A stretch of DNA of 63,885 bases, filler included, from Octopus bimaculoides (GCF_001194135.2; 7 parts of 5 records of this genome joined end to end with filler, not necessarily neighbours in it); one strand, 5' to 3'. Counted from the first letter of the whole stretch, positions 35,964 to 50,860 are shown. Notes: generated by a model not told the origin, from the sequence alone. Translations and numbers: made by a program.

Positions 35964-36152
35964 GGATGGATGGACGGGCAGACAGACAGACAGACAGACA
36001 GGCAGACAGACAGACAGACATACAGATAGATAGATAGATAGATAGTATCACTTTAATTATGTATACATTTTGGTAGCTAAATAGCTTGATAAGTACCTAG
36101 CTAGCTTGCTCTGTAAATATCTACCTAGGTAACTAGCTGGCTCTGTAACTTC

Positions 36153-36192
<40 letters not shown>

Positions 36193-37148
36193 ATGTCTGT
36201 CTATCTATTTAAGTTACTGACTATTGCTCTATCTGTCTCTCTATTTCTTGGTTTATTTTATCCCATTTGATATCTAGTGGTATATCCAGCTCTAAACTTG
36301 CATCATTCTGTCAATTCTAGTCGGTATCTATTTATTTAACTTTACCTTTATAATGATCTCTCTGTATATTACAATAAAGTCATTTACAGTAGTGTAAGCT
36401 TACTCTACGTGAGAAAAACTGATCGCCGGAAAAACTGGTCATATCAAGGAATCTTTGCTGAATGTCCGATTTAACAACACCGGCTCACTCAGACCTGTAG
36501 CCATCCACGTCAATTTTCCGCATCTTTAGGGAAGATTATACAACATTATGGTGTTGTGCCTCGGCGTCGTTGAGAACAACACGTGATCTTCTACCTTAGA
36601 AGCAGCTCTTGCTGTTGTTATCAATAACTAATTTACGTTCTGTTAAAATGCAGCTTTTTCCACGCATACATTGTAATCCACCAACTAGTGACGTAGCCAT
36701 GTTCTAAAGTTAGTGAGAGTACGTCCATAAAAAAAGGGCGCAGTGACACATACCAAATAATTTTTAACTCATTTCTCTTATAGTACGCGAAATATTTAAT
36801 TAATTATAATATACGTAATTGTATTCAACATCATTAATTTCATGTTTCAATAATAATGCCATTATGTAGGAAACTTACAACTACTGACATAGGTGTGACG
36901 TGAAGAAGATGAACCTATAGAGGATCGTCCAGTGTCGAGAGGTTATGACATCAGGGTTTATTTTAGTTCTTCAGCGGCCACCAACACATCACAGGAAATT
37001 GAGCAGACAGTTTAAAAACACGAGTGGTGGGTCAAATAAATTTAATGACTCCAGAAAGTTCTTCCGAGACCATGCGATTAACAAAAAAAAAAAAGAAAAG
37101 AAAAAGAGATTCGACTTTTATCGCACGAGGGAACTAAAGAGTTCACAT

Positions 37149-37319
37149 AGGCGCAGGAGTGGCATTGTGGTAAGTAGCTTGCTTACCAACCACATGGTTC
37201 CGGGTTCAGTCCCACTGCGTAGCACTTTGCGCAAGTGTCTTCTACTATAGCCTCGAGCCGACCAAAGCCTTGTGAGTGGATTTGGTAGACGGAAACTGAA
37301 AGAAGACCGCTGTATATAT
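37149..37319 (+). mobile_element. SINE family A head and body (tRNA-like Pol III A/B boxes)
   Basis: ggcgcaggagTGGCATTGTGGtaag...GGTTCAGTCCC; further copies at 9560-9728 (-), 42748-43068 (-), 58700-58985 (-) and 60140-60300 (+). Confidence 0.8.
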
Positions 37320-38229
37320 NNNNNNNNNNNNNNNNNNNNNNNNNNNNNNNNNNNNNNNNNNNNNNNNNNNNNNNNNNNNNNNNNNNNNNNNNNNNNNNNN
37401 NNNNNNNNNNNNNNNNNNNNNNNNNNNNNNNNNNNNNNNNNNNNNNNNNNNNNNNNNNNNNNNNNNNNNNNNNNNNNNNNNNNNNNNNNNNNNNNNNNNN
37501 NNNNNNNNNNNNNNNNNNNNNNNNNNNNNNNNNNNNNNNNNNNNNNNNNNNNNNNNNNNNNNNNNNNNNNNNNNNNNNNNNNNNNNNNNNNNNNNNNNNN
37601 NNNNNNNNNNNNNNNNNNNNNNNNNNNNNNNNNNNNNNNNNNNNNNNNNNNNNNNNNNNNNNNNNNNNNNNNNNNNNNNNNNNNNNNNNNNNNNNNNNNN
37701 NNNNNNNNNNNNNNNNNNNNNNNNNNNNNNNNNNNNNNNNNNNNNNNNNNNNNNNNNNNNNNNNNNNNNNNNNNNNNNNNNNNNNNNNNNNNNNNNNNNN
37801 NNNNNNNNNNNNNNNNNNNTGCACCACCAAACCACTACACACTAATACCAACCCTTTACCATAGTTGAACCAACAAAGGACCTTGTACATGTCCACCCTA
37901 CCTACTAGAAATAACAGACAAATCTCCCTCAAATCAAGCAACATCGACTTAGAGAAGCAAACATTTATTTATTATTCTACGATACATAGTGGGCAAAAAT
38001 AAGATGTTTATGGCTGGAATGCCTTCAGTCATAAGTGTGCTTGATAAGGACTGACCTGAAGCTAACCAACAAAAACGAATTTACTTTACTCATCGTACAT
38101 TCGTACTCGACCTTGCTTATACATCACTTAAATCTTCGCTCAGTCATATAAAAACGCATCTCACATATACTTCACCTGCTCTCACTGCCATCAATAAGAC
38201 ACAGACTTCATTTCCCTTATTGTTATTAT

Positions 38230-38276
38230 TTGCTTTTTGAGCAAAACAAGATACACTTGTTTTGCTCAAAAAGCAA
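38230..38276. repeat. Perfect 21-bp inverted repeat with 5-nt loop
   Basis: ttgctttttgagcaaaacaag ataca cttgttttgctcaaaaagcaa; 21/21 pairs checked. Confidence 0.95.
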
Positions 38277-39634
38277 CTTCTTGACACGACTACTTCCTGC
38301 ATACTATTCAAGCTTGTTACATCCCTTAAAGAAACACCAACTCTTTTCTTTTCCCCTTTTTGTTCCCGTTTGCTCGCAATATTGACTAATGACTCCTGTC
38401 CGAAACGTCTACTTTTCTTCCTTCCTTTTCATCAATTAAATTGCCTTGATATTTTGTTCGTGTTTTTGATTCTTTTTTATTAATTTAACTTTGTTCGTGG
38501 ACATTTACTTTGTGTGTGTACGCATATAAATATATCTGTAAAAGCACGTGTTACCGAGATGCAATTTGAAAAATCCAGCCTCTTTCACGGATATATAGGG
38601 ATGAACAGAAGTCATCGTATTGTGTTGGGTACATCAGGGTATGTTGATTTTTGTTTGTTCTTTATGTGTCTCAACATACGTGCACTGATGAATAAAAGAT
38701 GCAGCTTACTACATAGTTTTTGCTGTATTAATTATGAAACCAGTGGTTTGCCGTTAAGTTAAATGTTTTTAGGAGGTTAACTTTGAAAATTGCATTCCCT
38801 CGCTTTCGGTAAATATGTGCTTATTTTTTGTAGTTTTTGACTTATTTAGTCCNNNNNNNNNNNNNNNNNNNNNNNNNNNNNNNNNNNNNNNNNNNNNNNN
38901 NNNNNNNNNNNNNNNNNNNNNNNNNNNNNNNNNNNNNNNNNNNNNNNNNNNNNNNNNNNNNNNNNNNNNNNNNNNNNNNNNNNNNNNNNNNNNNNNNNNN
39001 NNNNNNNNNNNNNNNNNNNNNNNNNNNNNNNNNNNNNNNNNNNNNNNNNNNNNNNNNNNNNNNNNNNNNNNNNNNNNNNNNNNNNNNNNNNNNNNNNNNN
39101 NNNNNNNNNNNNNNNATATATAAGATCGTTATTTAAAATACTGATCATATCAAGTAGCTAGCATGGGAATAAAAACCTCATAGGTAATAATTATTCAATT
39201 TTTTAAATACACACACATATGTATATATGAAGAGACATATGTGTTGTGTGTGTGTGTGTCCTTAGACCGAACTGTACTGAACGTCAGTTTATATACGTCA
39301 TCATGACAACCTCTGAGCAGGAAACATTTACCATGGAGACTTTTTGTAGCAAGCTTGTGCCCCCATCACATCTCTCTTCATTTATAGGGCCCTGGGACCG
39401 ACTAGAATCTTCATTTGAATGACAATGAGGAGGTGGTAATCAGTCCATCATGAAAGAATCGGTTCCAAACCTTAGCAGGTACTTTATTTTATCGACCCTG
39501 AAATGATGAAAGTTAACCATGGATGGTTTCGAACTCAAAAGGGAAAGAGTTGAAACCAATATTGCAACGTTTCTTGTCTTTTTGACGAGTCTCCCAATCG
39601 ACTGACTCACAAACATACACAGACATTCAAAATA

Positions 39635-39693
<59 letters not shown>

Positions 39694-40211
39694 ATGTGTG
39701 TGTGTGTTGTGTGTGTGTGTGAGTGTGCGCACGACCGAGCGTGTGTCTGCAAATATATACAGACAAGTACACACGTATATGAGTGTCTGTATCGCACACA
39801 TATACACACACACATATATACATGCATACATACATACATACATACATACACACATATACATACACACATATACATACACACAGATACATACATACATACA
39901 TGCATACATACATACATGCATGCATGCATGCATACATACATACATACATACATACATACATACATACATACATGAACATAAATCCCTCACCGTGTATAGA
40001 TGAATACAGAAATTATGAAAAGCTATATTTCGTTATGACATTCAGTTTCCCACACCATCGCACCATTAATAACTGATTTGAGATAAACCAACTGCATCTC
40101 TACGAATTCTATCTTTGAATTAGACAAGCAATGGAAGCTTTGCAATCAGTAAATGTTGTTGTTTTTTTAGTTTTTCACTAAAAGCTTATTGATTATTTAA
40201 GGTCATTCTAA

Positions 40212-40420
40212 AAGCGGCAAGCTGGCAGAATCATTAGCACCCCGGGTAAAATGCTTAGCAGCATTTAGTCCGTCTTTGCGCTCTGAGTTCAAATTCCGCT
40301 GAGACTGACTTTGCTTTTCATCTTTTCGGGGTCGATGAAATAAGTATCAGTTAAGTATTGGAGTCGATGTAATCGACATACCGCCTCCCCCGAAATTTCT
40401 GGCCATGTGCCAAAATTTGA
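40212..40420 (+). mobile_element. SINE family B copy with head
   Basis: aagcggcaagctggcagaatcattagcac...ctgagttcaaattccgc...ggggtcgatgaaataagtatcagtt. Confidence 0.8.
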
Positions 40421-42238
40421 ATTTATTATGTAAGGTTATTCTAAGTTCGAGTAATTAGGGTATGAGTAAGTATGAGTAACTCTATGTTACGCCGAGGAGG
40501 TCCTATACGACCGAATGTTTCAAGTTGTCACCCTACATATCAATAAGAGTAAATTTTCACTGTACGCTCTCCCCTTCACATTCAATCTTTAATTAATTTG
40601 AATTTTGGAGCTGACTTCTTTTCTTTTGACAGGAATTATCCTTAATGCTAATTATTTTTCTTTACATTACAGATGTAATTTTAATTAATTAAACATTTTC
40701 TTTTTGGCTCACTACACTATGTGTGTACCACCCCTTCTGCCACCTACTTAAGTAATTGAACACTAATAATTATTTATATTCCACCTACTAATAGCTTGTT
40801 CTATCTATTGGCCAGCAGACACATCTTTGAACAGAATCAGCCACCGAACACATCAGTGTTAATAAACAATTTAATAACTTTAACTTGATTCAATTACAAT
40901 TGATATGGCGACCGTTCATAGTTAATATATTCCAGTTAACGTGCGGATTCAAGCTGTTCTGTTGGTTCGTCTCCAAATTTTGCACAGTTGGCAAAGCATA
41001 TTGTTGACAATGACAGCGCAAAGCTATCGGCACTATAAACTTTATACGTGTGCAGATCTAATTTAAATGTATTCAACCGCCAGTCGGAATTAGCTCGATC
41101 ACGTGATAAGTTTTTTGTGTAACGCAGTGCATAAAGTCGGTCGATTACTTTCTCATGAATTTTTTATTCACGTTTTCTGATCTTTATTTTTATATTTTTA
41201 TTTCATTTATATCTATATATGTCTGTATATTTTTGTGTGCGTGTGCGCATGTATGCGTGCATGTGTATTTCTTTTTTATTAAACTTCTTTGTTTCTGTAT
41301 CAGTCTACAAAGAACACACATTAACTAGCATTATACTCATCAATACACACCAGCAATCTAAAGGAAGATGTTAATAGAGGAATATTAAATAAGAAGCTGA
41401 TGATACTTCAAGCACCATTACACGAAAACCATGGAAGCAAACTACATTAAATTTCTTGGCCAACCTTTGATATTTACTTGCTTGAGCAGGAAGTTGACAC
41501 CGCCGGGATCGTTTATCTCGGCACCTTTAGTCAGTATATTTGCTCATTTGCCACATTATTTAGAAAAGAAGGAAAAGCAGTATCAGCAGAGACAGTCAAG
41601 AGACTGGAATAGAATACATGAAGCACGTGAGGGTTGGTGTGGGGGCTGTTTAAGAAGCTCAAATACGTTCATGATTTAACAAGTATTTCATTAGGGACTA
41701 AACTTTGATCAAATATGGATAACGTAAATCTTTCTAAGATATAAGACTGTTCTACCAAAACTGAATTTAGGAAGAACATTGATGTAAATAATGATCACAC
41801 CCGATTTTGTACGCGCATATGTGTGTGTGTGCGTACATGTTCATATGTATGTGTGCGTGTGCGCGCGTGCATGTGCATACGTGTGTGTGTACGTGCGTGT
41901 GCAAGTGCATATGTGTGTTATGCATGCGCGTGCATTTTCATACGTGTATGTGCGTATGTGTGTGCATGCATTTTCATACGTCTGTGTGTGTGTGCATGCT
42001 TGTGCATATGTGAATACGTGTTTGTGCATGTGCATATATACATATGTAAGTGTGCATACATATTTATCTGTGTATGTGAGTATGCGTGTATATACGTATA
42101 AGTGCACATGTGCGTATGCGGTATACATATGAAAGTGCACATACATATCCGTGTGTGTATGTGTATGCGGGTATACATATGTAAGTGTATATACATATTT
42201 ATGTATAATAATAAATCATAATAATATATATACTCTGA

Positions 42239-42663
42239 TTTAAAGCGACATTTCTTATCTAAACGATTAAGAAAAATGATGAGCTAACTCCAACAAGAAT
42301 CGAACCCACAAATCAATGCTTTCGCATTTGATAGAGCCAGAACAGTCATCCCTAAATTTCAGCCAAATTTAATGTATAGAAATTTAACTGTCTAGAATCG
42401 CATATAGCATGTGTAAACAAACCCGGAGGCTTGATAAGTTACGGAGATAAAGCTACTACTAAAGGTGCCATATAAGCGTTAATTTATGGGTTCGATTCTA
42501 GTTGGAGTTAGCTCATCATTTTTTCAATCAATTGTTTAAATATTAAAAAAATGCCGCGTTAATTCGGAGTATATATATTATTATATAGTTATTATTGTAT
42601 AAAAAAATGACTTTAGTAGTCACTTTATTTCCATAACTTATCAAACCTCCGGGTTTCTTTACA
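42239..42663. repeat. Two interleaved inverted repeat pairs (A-B-A'-B')
   Basis: A 42272-42313 vs A' 42482-42524 (2 mismatches over about 42 bp); B 42412-42464 vs B' 42611-42663 (47/53). Confidence 0.9.
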
Positions 42664-42955
42664 AATATTATATACGCATATATATATATATATATATATA
42701 CTAGCAGAGATACCCGGCTTTGCTCGGGATTAAAATGGCATAGTCTTATTATTTTACTTATTTCAGTCATGTGACTGCGGCCATGCTCCAGCATTGTCGT
42801 TGCTCGAACAAATCCACCACAGGAATTATTTACTGCAAGCCTAGTACTTATTCCATCAGAGTCTTTTGCCGAACCACTAAGTTATGAGAACATAAGCAAC
42901 ATCGGTTGTCAAGCAATTGTGGGGGTACAAACACAGATACACACACACACGCACG

Positions 42956-42989
<34 letters not shown>

Positions 42990-43168
42990 TATACACATAA
43001 ATACGACAGTCTTCTATCAGTTTCCGTGTATGAAGCACACAAGGTTTTGGCCGGCCTGAGGCTATAATNNNNNNNNNNNNNNNNNNNNNNNNNNNNNNNN
43101 NNNNNNNNNNNNTTAATTAATTAANNNNNNNNNNNNNNNNNNNNNNNNNNNNNNNNNNNNNNNNNNNN

Positions 43169-43216
<48 letters not shown>

Positions 43217-43225
43217 CATATATAT

Positions 43226-43257
<32 letters not shown>

Positions 43258-43714
43258 TGTACATACATACACATATACTGTACATACATACAGACTTACT
43301 TACATACATATATATATATACGCACATAGCCATACATATACAACTATTGTCTCTTCCAGTCCCTTTATCGTTCGGCGTCCATTTAACACTACCCCCCCCC
43401 CTTAGGATCCAGCTGATTGCATCCACAAATTGGCAAGAAGCAAGACTTGAGGAGATTTAAAGAAAAGTAAATGGTGGTTGCCTGAGTGGAGGGACGGCAG
43501 GAACTGGGGGACGAGGGGATATGGAAAGGGTGGGGAGGAGGTGTCGGGAAGAAACGACAGATCAAATAACAGAAGTCGAAAACAGAAGACAAAACAGGAA
43601 TATCCACACACACACACATAACTATATATATGTAAGTATATATATGTATATATATATTTATATATATATGTATGTATATACATATGTATATATATATATG
43701 TGTGTGTGTCTATA

Positions 43715-43770
<56 letters not shown>

Positions 43771-45596
43771 TACATAGATGTTAAGGAGTAAAGGTTGTTC
43801 CGAAACCAGCGACCCGTCATCAAGATTTTCATAAGAGAAACATAGACCCTTAATATAACCAGCGTTACTGCCGTTATAGCCTTCCTTATTATTACTATTA
43901 ACAATTGTTATTAATATTATTATTACATTATTTCTCTACTTCGACCCTTCTCTCCCTCATGCATAAACTCTCTATCTCTTTTCCCTCCAGTGTTATCTTC
44001 CCTCCTATCTATATTCATCAACCCAGTTTTTTTTTTGTTTTGTTGCTCTGTGTTTTTTTTTCCTTCACTTCCCACTGCCTAATTGGACGTTTTTAGGTTC
44101 GACTGTGATTTGATCCCAGAACTAACATCAATAACAAAAACGATAATATACATCCTCAAACACAGTGAACAACGGGTGCAAACAGAGTTGTTTTTACCCA
44201 CATTTTGACTTATATATATTACACATTCGCTTATATACTAGTTACATGTAAACATACATATATACATACATAAATACAAATGTGCATGTGTCTACAAATG
44301 TAAGTACATATATATACACATTCAACATACAATATATATGTGTATATATATATATATANNNNNNNNNNNNNNNNNNNNNNNNNNNNNNNNNNNNNNNNNN
44401 NNNNNNNNNNNNNNNNNNNNNNNNNNNNNNNNNNNNNNNNNNNNNNNNNNNNNNNNNNNNNNNNNNNNNNNNNNNNNNNNNNNNNNNNNNNNNNNNNNNN
44501 NNNNNNNNNNNNNNNNNNNNNNNNNNNNNNNNNNNNNNNNNNNNNNNNNNNNNNNNNNNNNNNNNNNNNNNNNNNNNNNNNNNNNNNNNNNNNNNNNNNN
44601 NNNNNNNNNNNNNNNNNNNNNNNNNNNNNNNNNNNNNNNNNNNNNNNNNNNNNNNNNNNNNNNNNNNNNNNNNNNNNNNNNNNNNNNNNNNNNNNNNNNN
44701 NNNNNNNNNNNNNNNNNNNNNNNNNNNNNNNNNNNNNNNNNNNNNNNNNNNNNNNNNNNNNNNNNNNNNNNNNNNNNNNNNNNNNNNNNNNNNNNNNNNN
44801 NNNNNNNNNNNNNNNNNNNNNNNNNNNNNNNNNNNNNNNNNNNNNNNNNNNNNNNNNNNNNNNNNNNNNNNNNNNNNNNNNNNNNNNNNNNNNNNNNNNN
44901 NNNNNNNNNNNNNNNNNNNNNNNNNNNNNNNNNNNNNNNNNNNNNNNNNNNNNNNNNNNNNNNNNNNNNNNNNNNNNNNNNNNNNNNNNNNNNNNNNNNN
45001 NNNNNNNNNNNNNNNNNNNNNNNNNNNNNNNNNNNNNNNNNNNNNNNNNNNNNNNNNNNNNNNNNNNNNNNNNNNNNNNNNNNNNNNNNNNNNNNNNNNN
45101 NNNNNNNNNNNNNNNNNNNNNNNNNNNNNNNNNNNNNNNNNNNNNNNNNNNNNNNNNNNNNNNNNNNNNNNNNNNNNNNNNNNNNNNNNNNNNNNNNNNN
45201 NNNNNNNNNNNNNNNNNNNNNNNNNNNNNNNNNNNNNNNNNNNNNNNNNNTATATATATACATATAGCTATATATATATTTATATATATATACTTATATA
45301 TATATATATTCATATATATATATACATATATATATACATACATATATACACACACACACACACACACATACACACACACAAGCACATGCGTATACATACA
45401 AACAGAAATTCATACATTATAAACAGTTTAAATAAATAATAGCCTCTGCAATATGCGTTGAGTAATTTGTTCTTCTTGACAAATAAGAACATATGTATAC
45501 ATACGTATAGACATAAATATATATGTGTGCGTGCGTGTGTGTGAGTGCGTGTGTGTGTGCATGTGTGCGTGCGTACATAAAGGAGATTAATATTGG

Positions 45597-45642
<46 letters not shown>

Positions 45643-46378
45643 CAAACATTCATATNNNNNNNNNNCAACCTAACTATAACCACAACAGGGTTTTAACTTT
45701 TTTCTTCTCTTTTTAAACCATCACCCAAGATTGAAACGCTCCAAAATCCGACTTGTTTGCTTAGTCAAAATCCCACCATATACACACACACACACACATA
45801 TATACATATATATATATATATGCATATATATATATATATATATATATTTATTTATACAAATATATATGTATATGTGTGTATATATGCATTATGTAGCTGT
45901 TTATATGTATATATGTATATATATATAACATTATAATTATTTTCCTTTCCTCTCTTCGTTCTTCACAACATCACTCCCAAATCTATCAAACGGCTTACAA
46001 ATCAAAACATTTAATGTATTAAATTGTCACCTTCCAGTATTTCTTATACAAAATTGCAGACAAATCATCTGGTCTCGGCTACCTATCTGCAGATATGTGA
46101 CTCCTACCTCTAATGGGCACATATTTGGCATTTTAAGTAGCATAACGGTTACGGCCCAAATGGTGCTACTATTAAGTCGGTTTTCTGTTATGATTCCATC
46201 TCCAAAGGATACCAAGAGGGTGGAGCTGAATCCAACACTTCAATTTAACCGGAACAGTCACGATTCTACAGAGTTCCTATTGTTGGTGTGTTGTATTATA
46301 TGTATGGGGGGGATGGGGTGTTTATGAGACTGTGTTTGTGTTCGCGTATACCAGTCTATATTTAGACACACACACATG

Positions 46379-46443
<65 letters not shown>

Positions 46444-49400
46444 NNNNNNNNNNNNNNNNNNNNNNNNNNNNNNNNNNNNNNNNNNNNTTAATTAATTAAN
46501 NNNNNNNNNNNNNNNNNNNNNNNNNNNNNNNNNNNNNNNNNNNTATACGTTTATATGTGTGTATGTGGACGGGCGCGCAAGGGTATGTGTGTGCTTATGT
46601 ATGCGCGTATGTATATACATATGTGTGAGTGTGTGTAGGTGTGTATGTGTGTGTAGGTGTGTGTAGGTGTGTAGGTGTCAAAGCATTGTAGTAGTTTGTC
46701 GATATTCTAATTTCGAAGTTTTTAAATTTTGCTAAAATTTGGTGCGTTATAAGCATGTCTTTTTCAATAATTTGGTTAATTCATAAAGAATCTAATATTT
46801 TCATAAAGAATTGGAAATTACTTTGGGTTTTAAACTGAACTGCTTACACACTTAAATAACTTTGATTGATGCTCTCATTAACGGGAAAAGATGTACGTGT
46901 ATACATACTTGCACATAATACACTAAGTATAGATATAACGTGTGTACACATATATATGTAGATATTTTCACTGACGTACATATGCATACATATATTATAA
47001 ATATGTGTGTGTGTGTGTATTTGCACATCATCTCTTACACTTACAACGATATGTATCGACACCTACACACACTCACACATATGTATATACATACGCGCAT
47101 ACATGAGCACATACATACCCTTGCGCGCCCGTCCACATACACACATATAAACGTATATTGAATTACTGATACGTTAACAATGTCTTTTGTCTTCTTCTTT
47201 CTTCTTTCAAGCAAATATCTGGTTTTCCTTTTCCGTAAAAATAAATATTAGCAATATTTTAAATATATAAGTACGGTTAAACAACCAAACGCTACAGATA
47301 TATTTAAATACATAACCAACAACATGCACACATTCACTGTCGAACCATCACACACACAGTGTACCTACCAACTGAAAAACAAAGCAAAACAAAAAGCTAG
47401 AAATAAACCGATCGCCATTTTAATTTGGTTATTTGCAAATACGAAACTCAACTCATTTTTCTTTTCTGTTTATGAAATATGCCAGACTTAATCAACCAAT
47501 TGTTCAAAGATGATGTTTCTGTGATACCGGCAACGTATTTATTCCGATAATTTACTATTGTAAAACTAAAATATGAGTTCAATGTTTGTTAAACGTATCC
47601 AACTTCCAAATGTTTGTAGCCTCCTCGTTGCCGTCGTTCTAAATGGCGAAGGTTACCAGAATGTGCTTCTGGCTGATTTGATACAACGATGACGGAACAT
47701 TAGCTGTCCCAGAACTCCTTACACTAATGCATCGAGGATGTTATTAACATGTAGTTTTCGTAAGAGAGAATCTATTTTCCTGTAACGAACACAACAGCGA
47801 TTAGCATATTTATGTTCGAATCTTCCGAAACGTATTAAGAAAAATATGCAAGCCATCGGTTCTATTTTCTTTGTTCATCCTATGTATGACGATTTATAAA
47901 TAAAACTATCCTCGTTTATATATATCTATACGTCAGCGGCACAACATTATTTACAAGAAGCGTATCAAGAGCTGGGACCTGGTTGGTGTTGTTTAGTCCC
48001 AGGTTAGACCTGATAAAGCATACCTATAATCAGAGACTCTCACGCCAGTAAATATTTTATCTGATATAGTGTATCTGCAACAACATTACCCAACGTAATT
48101 TTCTCTTTATAAGACAATAGGATGTGATCCGAGGGTTATTTGATGTATCTGGCAGGTTGAGTGTTTCTACACAGTCACTCCCATTGACTCGGCTGAAACT
48201 TATTTCTGACATGGATAACTTGATTCAATATAGGACATAAAATCGATTTCACATTGATAAAAATCCTTCCCGGGTCATATAGGCTCACAGAACTGGTTTC
48301 CCGATTTAGTTTATCTAATACCAACTCATAGAATAATTGTTAATACTTAAGTGCAATAATAGGGGATAGTTTTATTGCAGAGAGCATGTAATAATACTTT
48401 TATCTGGACATCAGGAATGAGTTCTAAAGGCATTGGGTGATTGCAGCATTTGGTTACGTCCCAATAGGACCCGTGTCCAATGTTCCGGTTGGAATCGATC
48501 TTACTTTTTACCTGTCTGGTGATCGAAACATAAACACAAATAACGTATGTGTACCAGTTTAATCGCTCGATTACAGCCAGACAATCGTGGTCTGGGGGAA
48601 GAGGATTAACTGACAGAAGCTCGAGAGCATCAATCAAAATATCTTCGGGTATTTAATCCAGGTCCTTGAGTTCGAATTTGGTCGATAAATATAAATATCG
48701 ATCTAGAGCAGTAGAGTGATGGAATTGTTTTATATTTAGGCGAAATGCTTTGTGGCATTTGTTCCGTCACTTCGCGATTTGAGTTCAAATTTCGTTGTAG
48801 CCTATTGGGGAGTATATAAACATAATGCTTCATTCGGTTTAACACCATCACGTAGACTCTGGGTGCATTTAGTAAAACCCACTTTGTTGTAAACAATCGA
48901 ACTAGGTATCTGATATGAGAATACCTTCGTCCTTCCCTTCTGCAGTCTAAGAGGCTCTGAAAAAGGGTCAGGGGTACTGTATTTCCTTCTGACTAAGTGA
49001 TAAAAATGTGTTAGAAATCAACAAGATATATCACAAATATTTGTGTTGCCAGAAATATAAATTTTGCTCATTCAAGAGAGTAATACAATAAAGTAACAAC
49101 AGAGCAATGCTTTTTGACTGGTGAGCAGCAGATCAAAAACAAGATCTTTGGAAAATCCAGAATTCATATTTGAAGCTTGGGCCGCTCTAAAAAGTTTCTT
49201 AACTTTTAAACTGCTCACCCTTTGAACGTAGAAAGTGGATATATCTGCTCATAATTTTGTTACCGTTAACTGAACAAAGTGGTTTTACCCCACAGCTTTG
49301 AAAAAATTTCTTATTCTGCGAGAAGCGAAGCTTTTTACAAAAGACAATTCTTTAGATTTTCTTAATTTTTTTCACATATTTCATCAGAGATCCCTTTGTA

Positions 49401-50291
49401 CTATAAAGGGATGTTTGATGAATCAAATACAAGAATCAAATACTTTTTTTATAGTGATAGATATGAAAACCATACCGACAAGAGATACTGGAAAAGTATT
49501 GCAGAAGCAGAACTATATATTCTGTTTTTTGATGGATAATTAATATCATAACGAGAAAGGTCATGAAATTTAATTATGCTGTCAAAGGGTTAAACATAGT
49601 TTTCTTTTGAAGACAACTTTCCATATGAAAAGTGCCAGGAATGATTTTTTTAAATGAATTTCCAATACATAACGGACTGTTTAAATAATGATTGTCACTG
49701 TAGTAGAAAACTGGAAAGAAAACAACATGGCGTTTGTTATTCTATGTGTTTAGTTCAAACACCAATGTATTTCCTTTCATTTCCCTACGGTCAATAAAAT
49801 AAGAATGAAGAGATTATATATCCACTCCACAAAGACATTTATAGCCATGATTAAGAATTATTAATCCAGTTAAGTTACACCTGTTACCCGACACAGCTGG
49901 TGTCTTATAAAATCCAATGGTTAACTTGTATATTTTTATCTGTTCATATTTCTGACATATTTCTTTCTGTAGTTTTCCCATTGAAGAGTGAATCACTGGG
50001 GCTCTCTGCAAATTTTTATTTATGACTAAAAAACTAACCCCTAAGTCATGTGATTGCTGCAGTTCTTTATAACACTGCTATTGTTATTATAGTTGTCCAC
50101 GTTTAATTCCAGGTCAAAGTTAATCGAACAAACCTATGATCAAAGCTATCCAAGCTGTGACTATCATGCTTAAGATGGGAGGTTGTGATTTGAGAGAGCT
50201 TTGTCTGCTATTTCTCCAAGTGCAAAATCCATTTAGTTTCTTCTTTCATTGGCACGTTATTACACAGTATAATAATAATAATAATAATAAT

Positions 50292-50345
<54 letters not shown>

Positions 50346-50349
<4 letters not shown>

Positions 50350-50860
50350 GATGGGCTACAGCAAATATTCTGCTTTGTCTTGGTATAAAAGATGGGCTAC
50401 AGCAAATATTCTGCTTAATACCACAAATTTGCTTGTCAGTTGTTTGACCTTAACCAGTTGAGCATGTCCCTTGGTGGCTGACGATATGTGCATCTCTGAT
50501 CATGTGCAGAAGTAGTGGGAAGCATTAAAGCTATGTGTCGAGAGGAATTCTTTGGGGTTTGAATAATTCACCTTCGGAAACATGGGTGTTTTGCTCAACA
50601 TCCTTAAACAAACCTTATTCAGGGACCTTTTGAGCAGGATGGGCTACTCGACCTGAAGAAAATTCTAACTGGGCCCCACCTGCGAGGTCATGCGCTGTTT
50701 ACCTTGATATGAGATCGCCATGTCGCGCACATATGGTTGTGATGCATGTGCCTGGTGTACCCTTATCAGACAGGTAGTCCTGATGGGTATATTGGGCTTC
50801 GTATATTTTACCCCGGTGTCACTTTGATTGCAAGCACTGCTCTCTCACGCAAAACTCACA
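50346..50860 (+). repeat. Interspersed repeat starting at an (AAT)n tract, with a 5' tandem duplication; possibly a retroposon 3' UTR
   Basis: aaaagatgggctacagcaaatattctgct occurs twice (about 50346 and 50387) right after (AAT)n. Family assignment is recollection only. Confidence 0.4.

Noticed and set aside
36620-36700. Possible first coding exon on the minus strand (MATSLVGGLQCMRGKSCILTE|gtaaat)
   Set aside because: Good ATG context, but no recognisable homology and no compatible downstream exon found.
41395-41445. CTGATGA...GAAA-ACCATGG hammerhead-like spacing
   Set aside because: Stems I and II do not pair and there is no NUH triplet in register.
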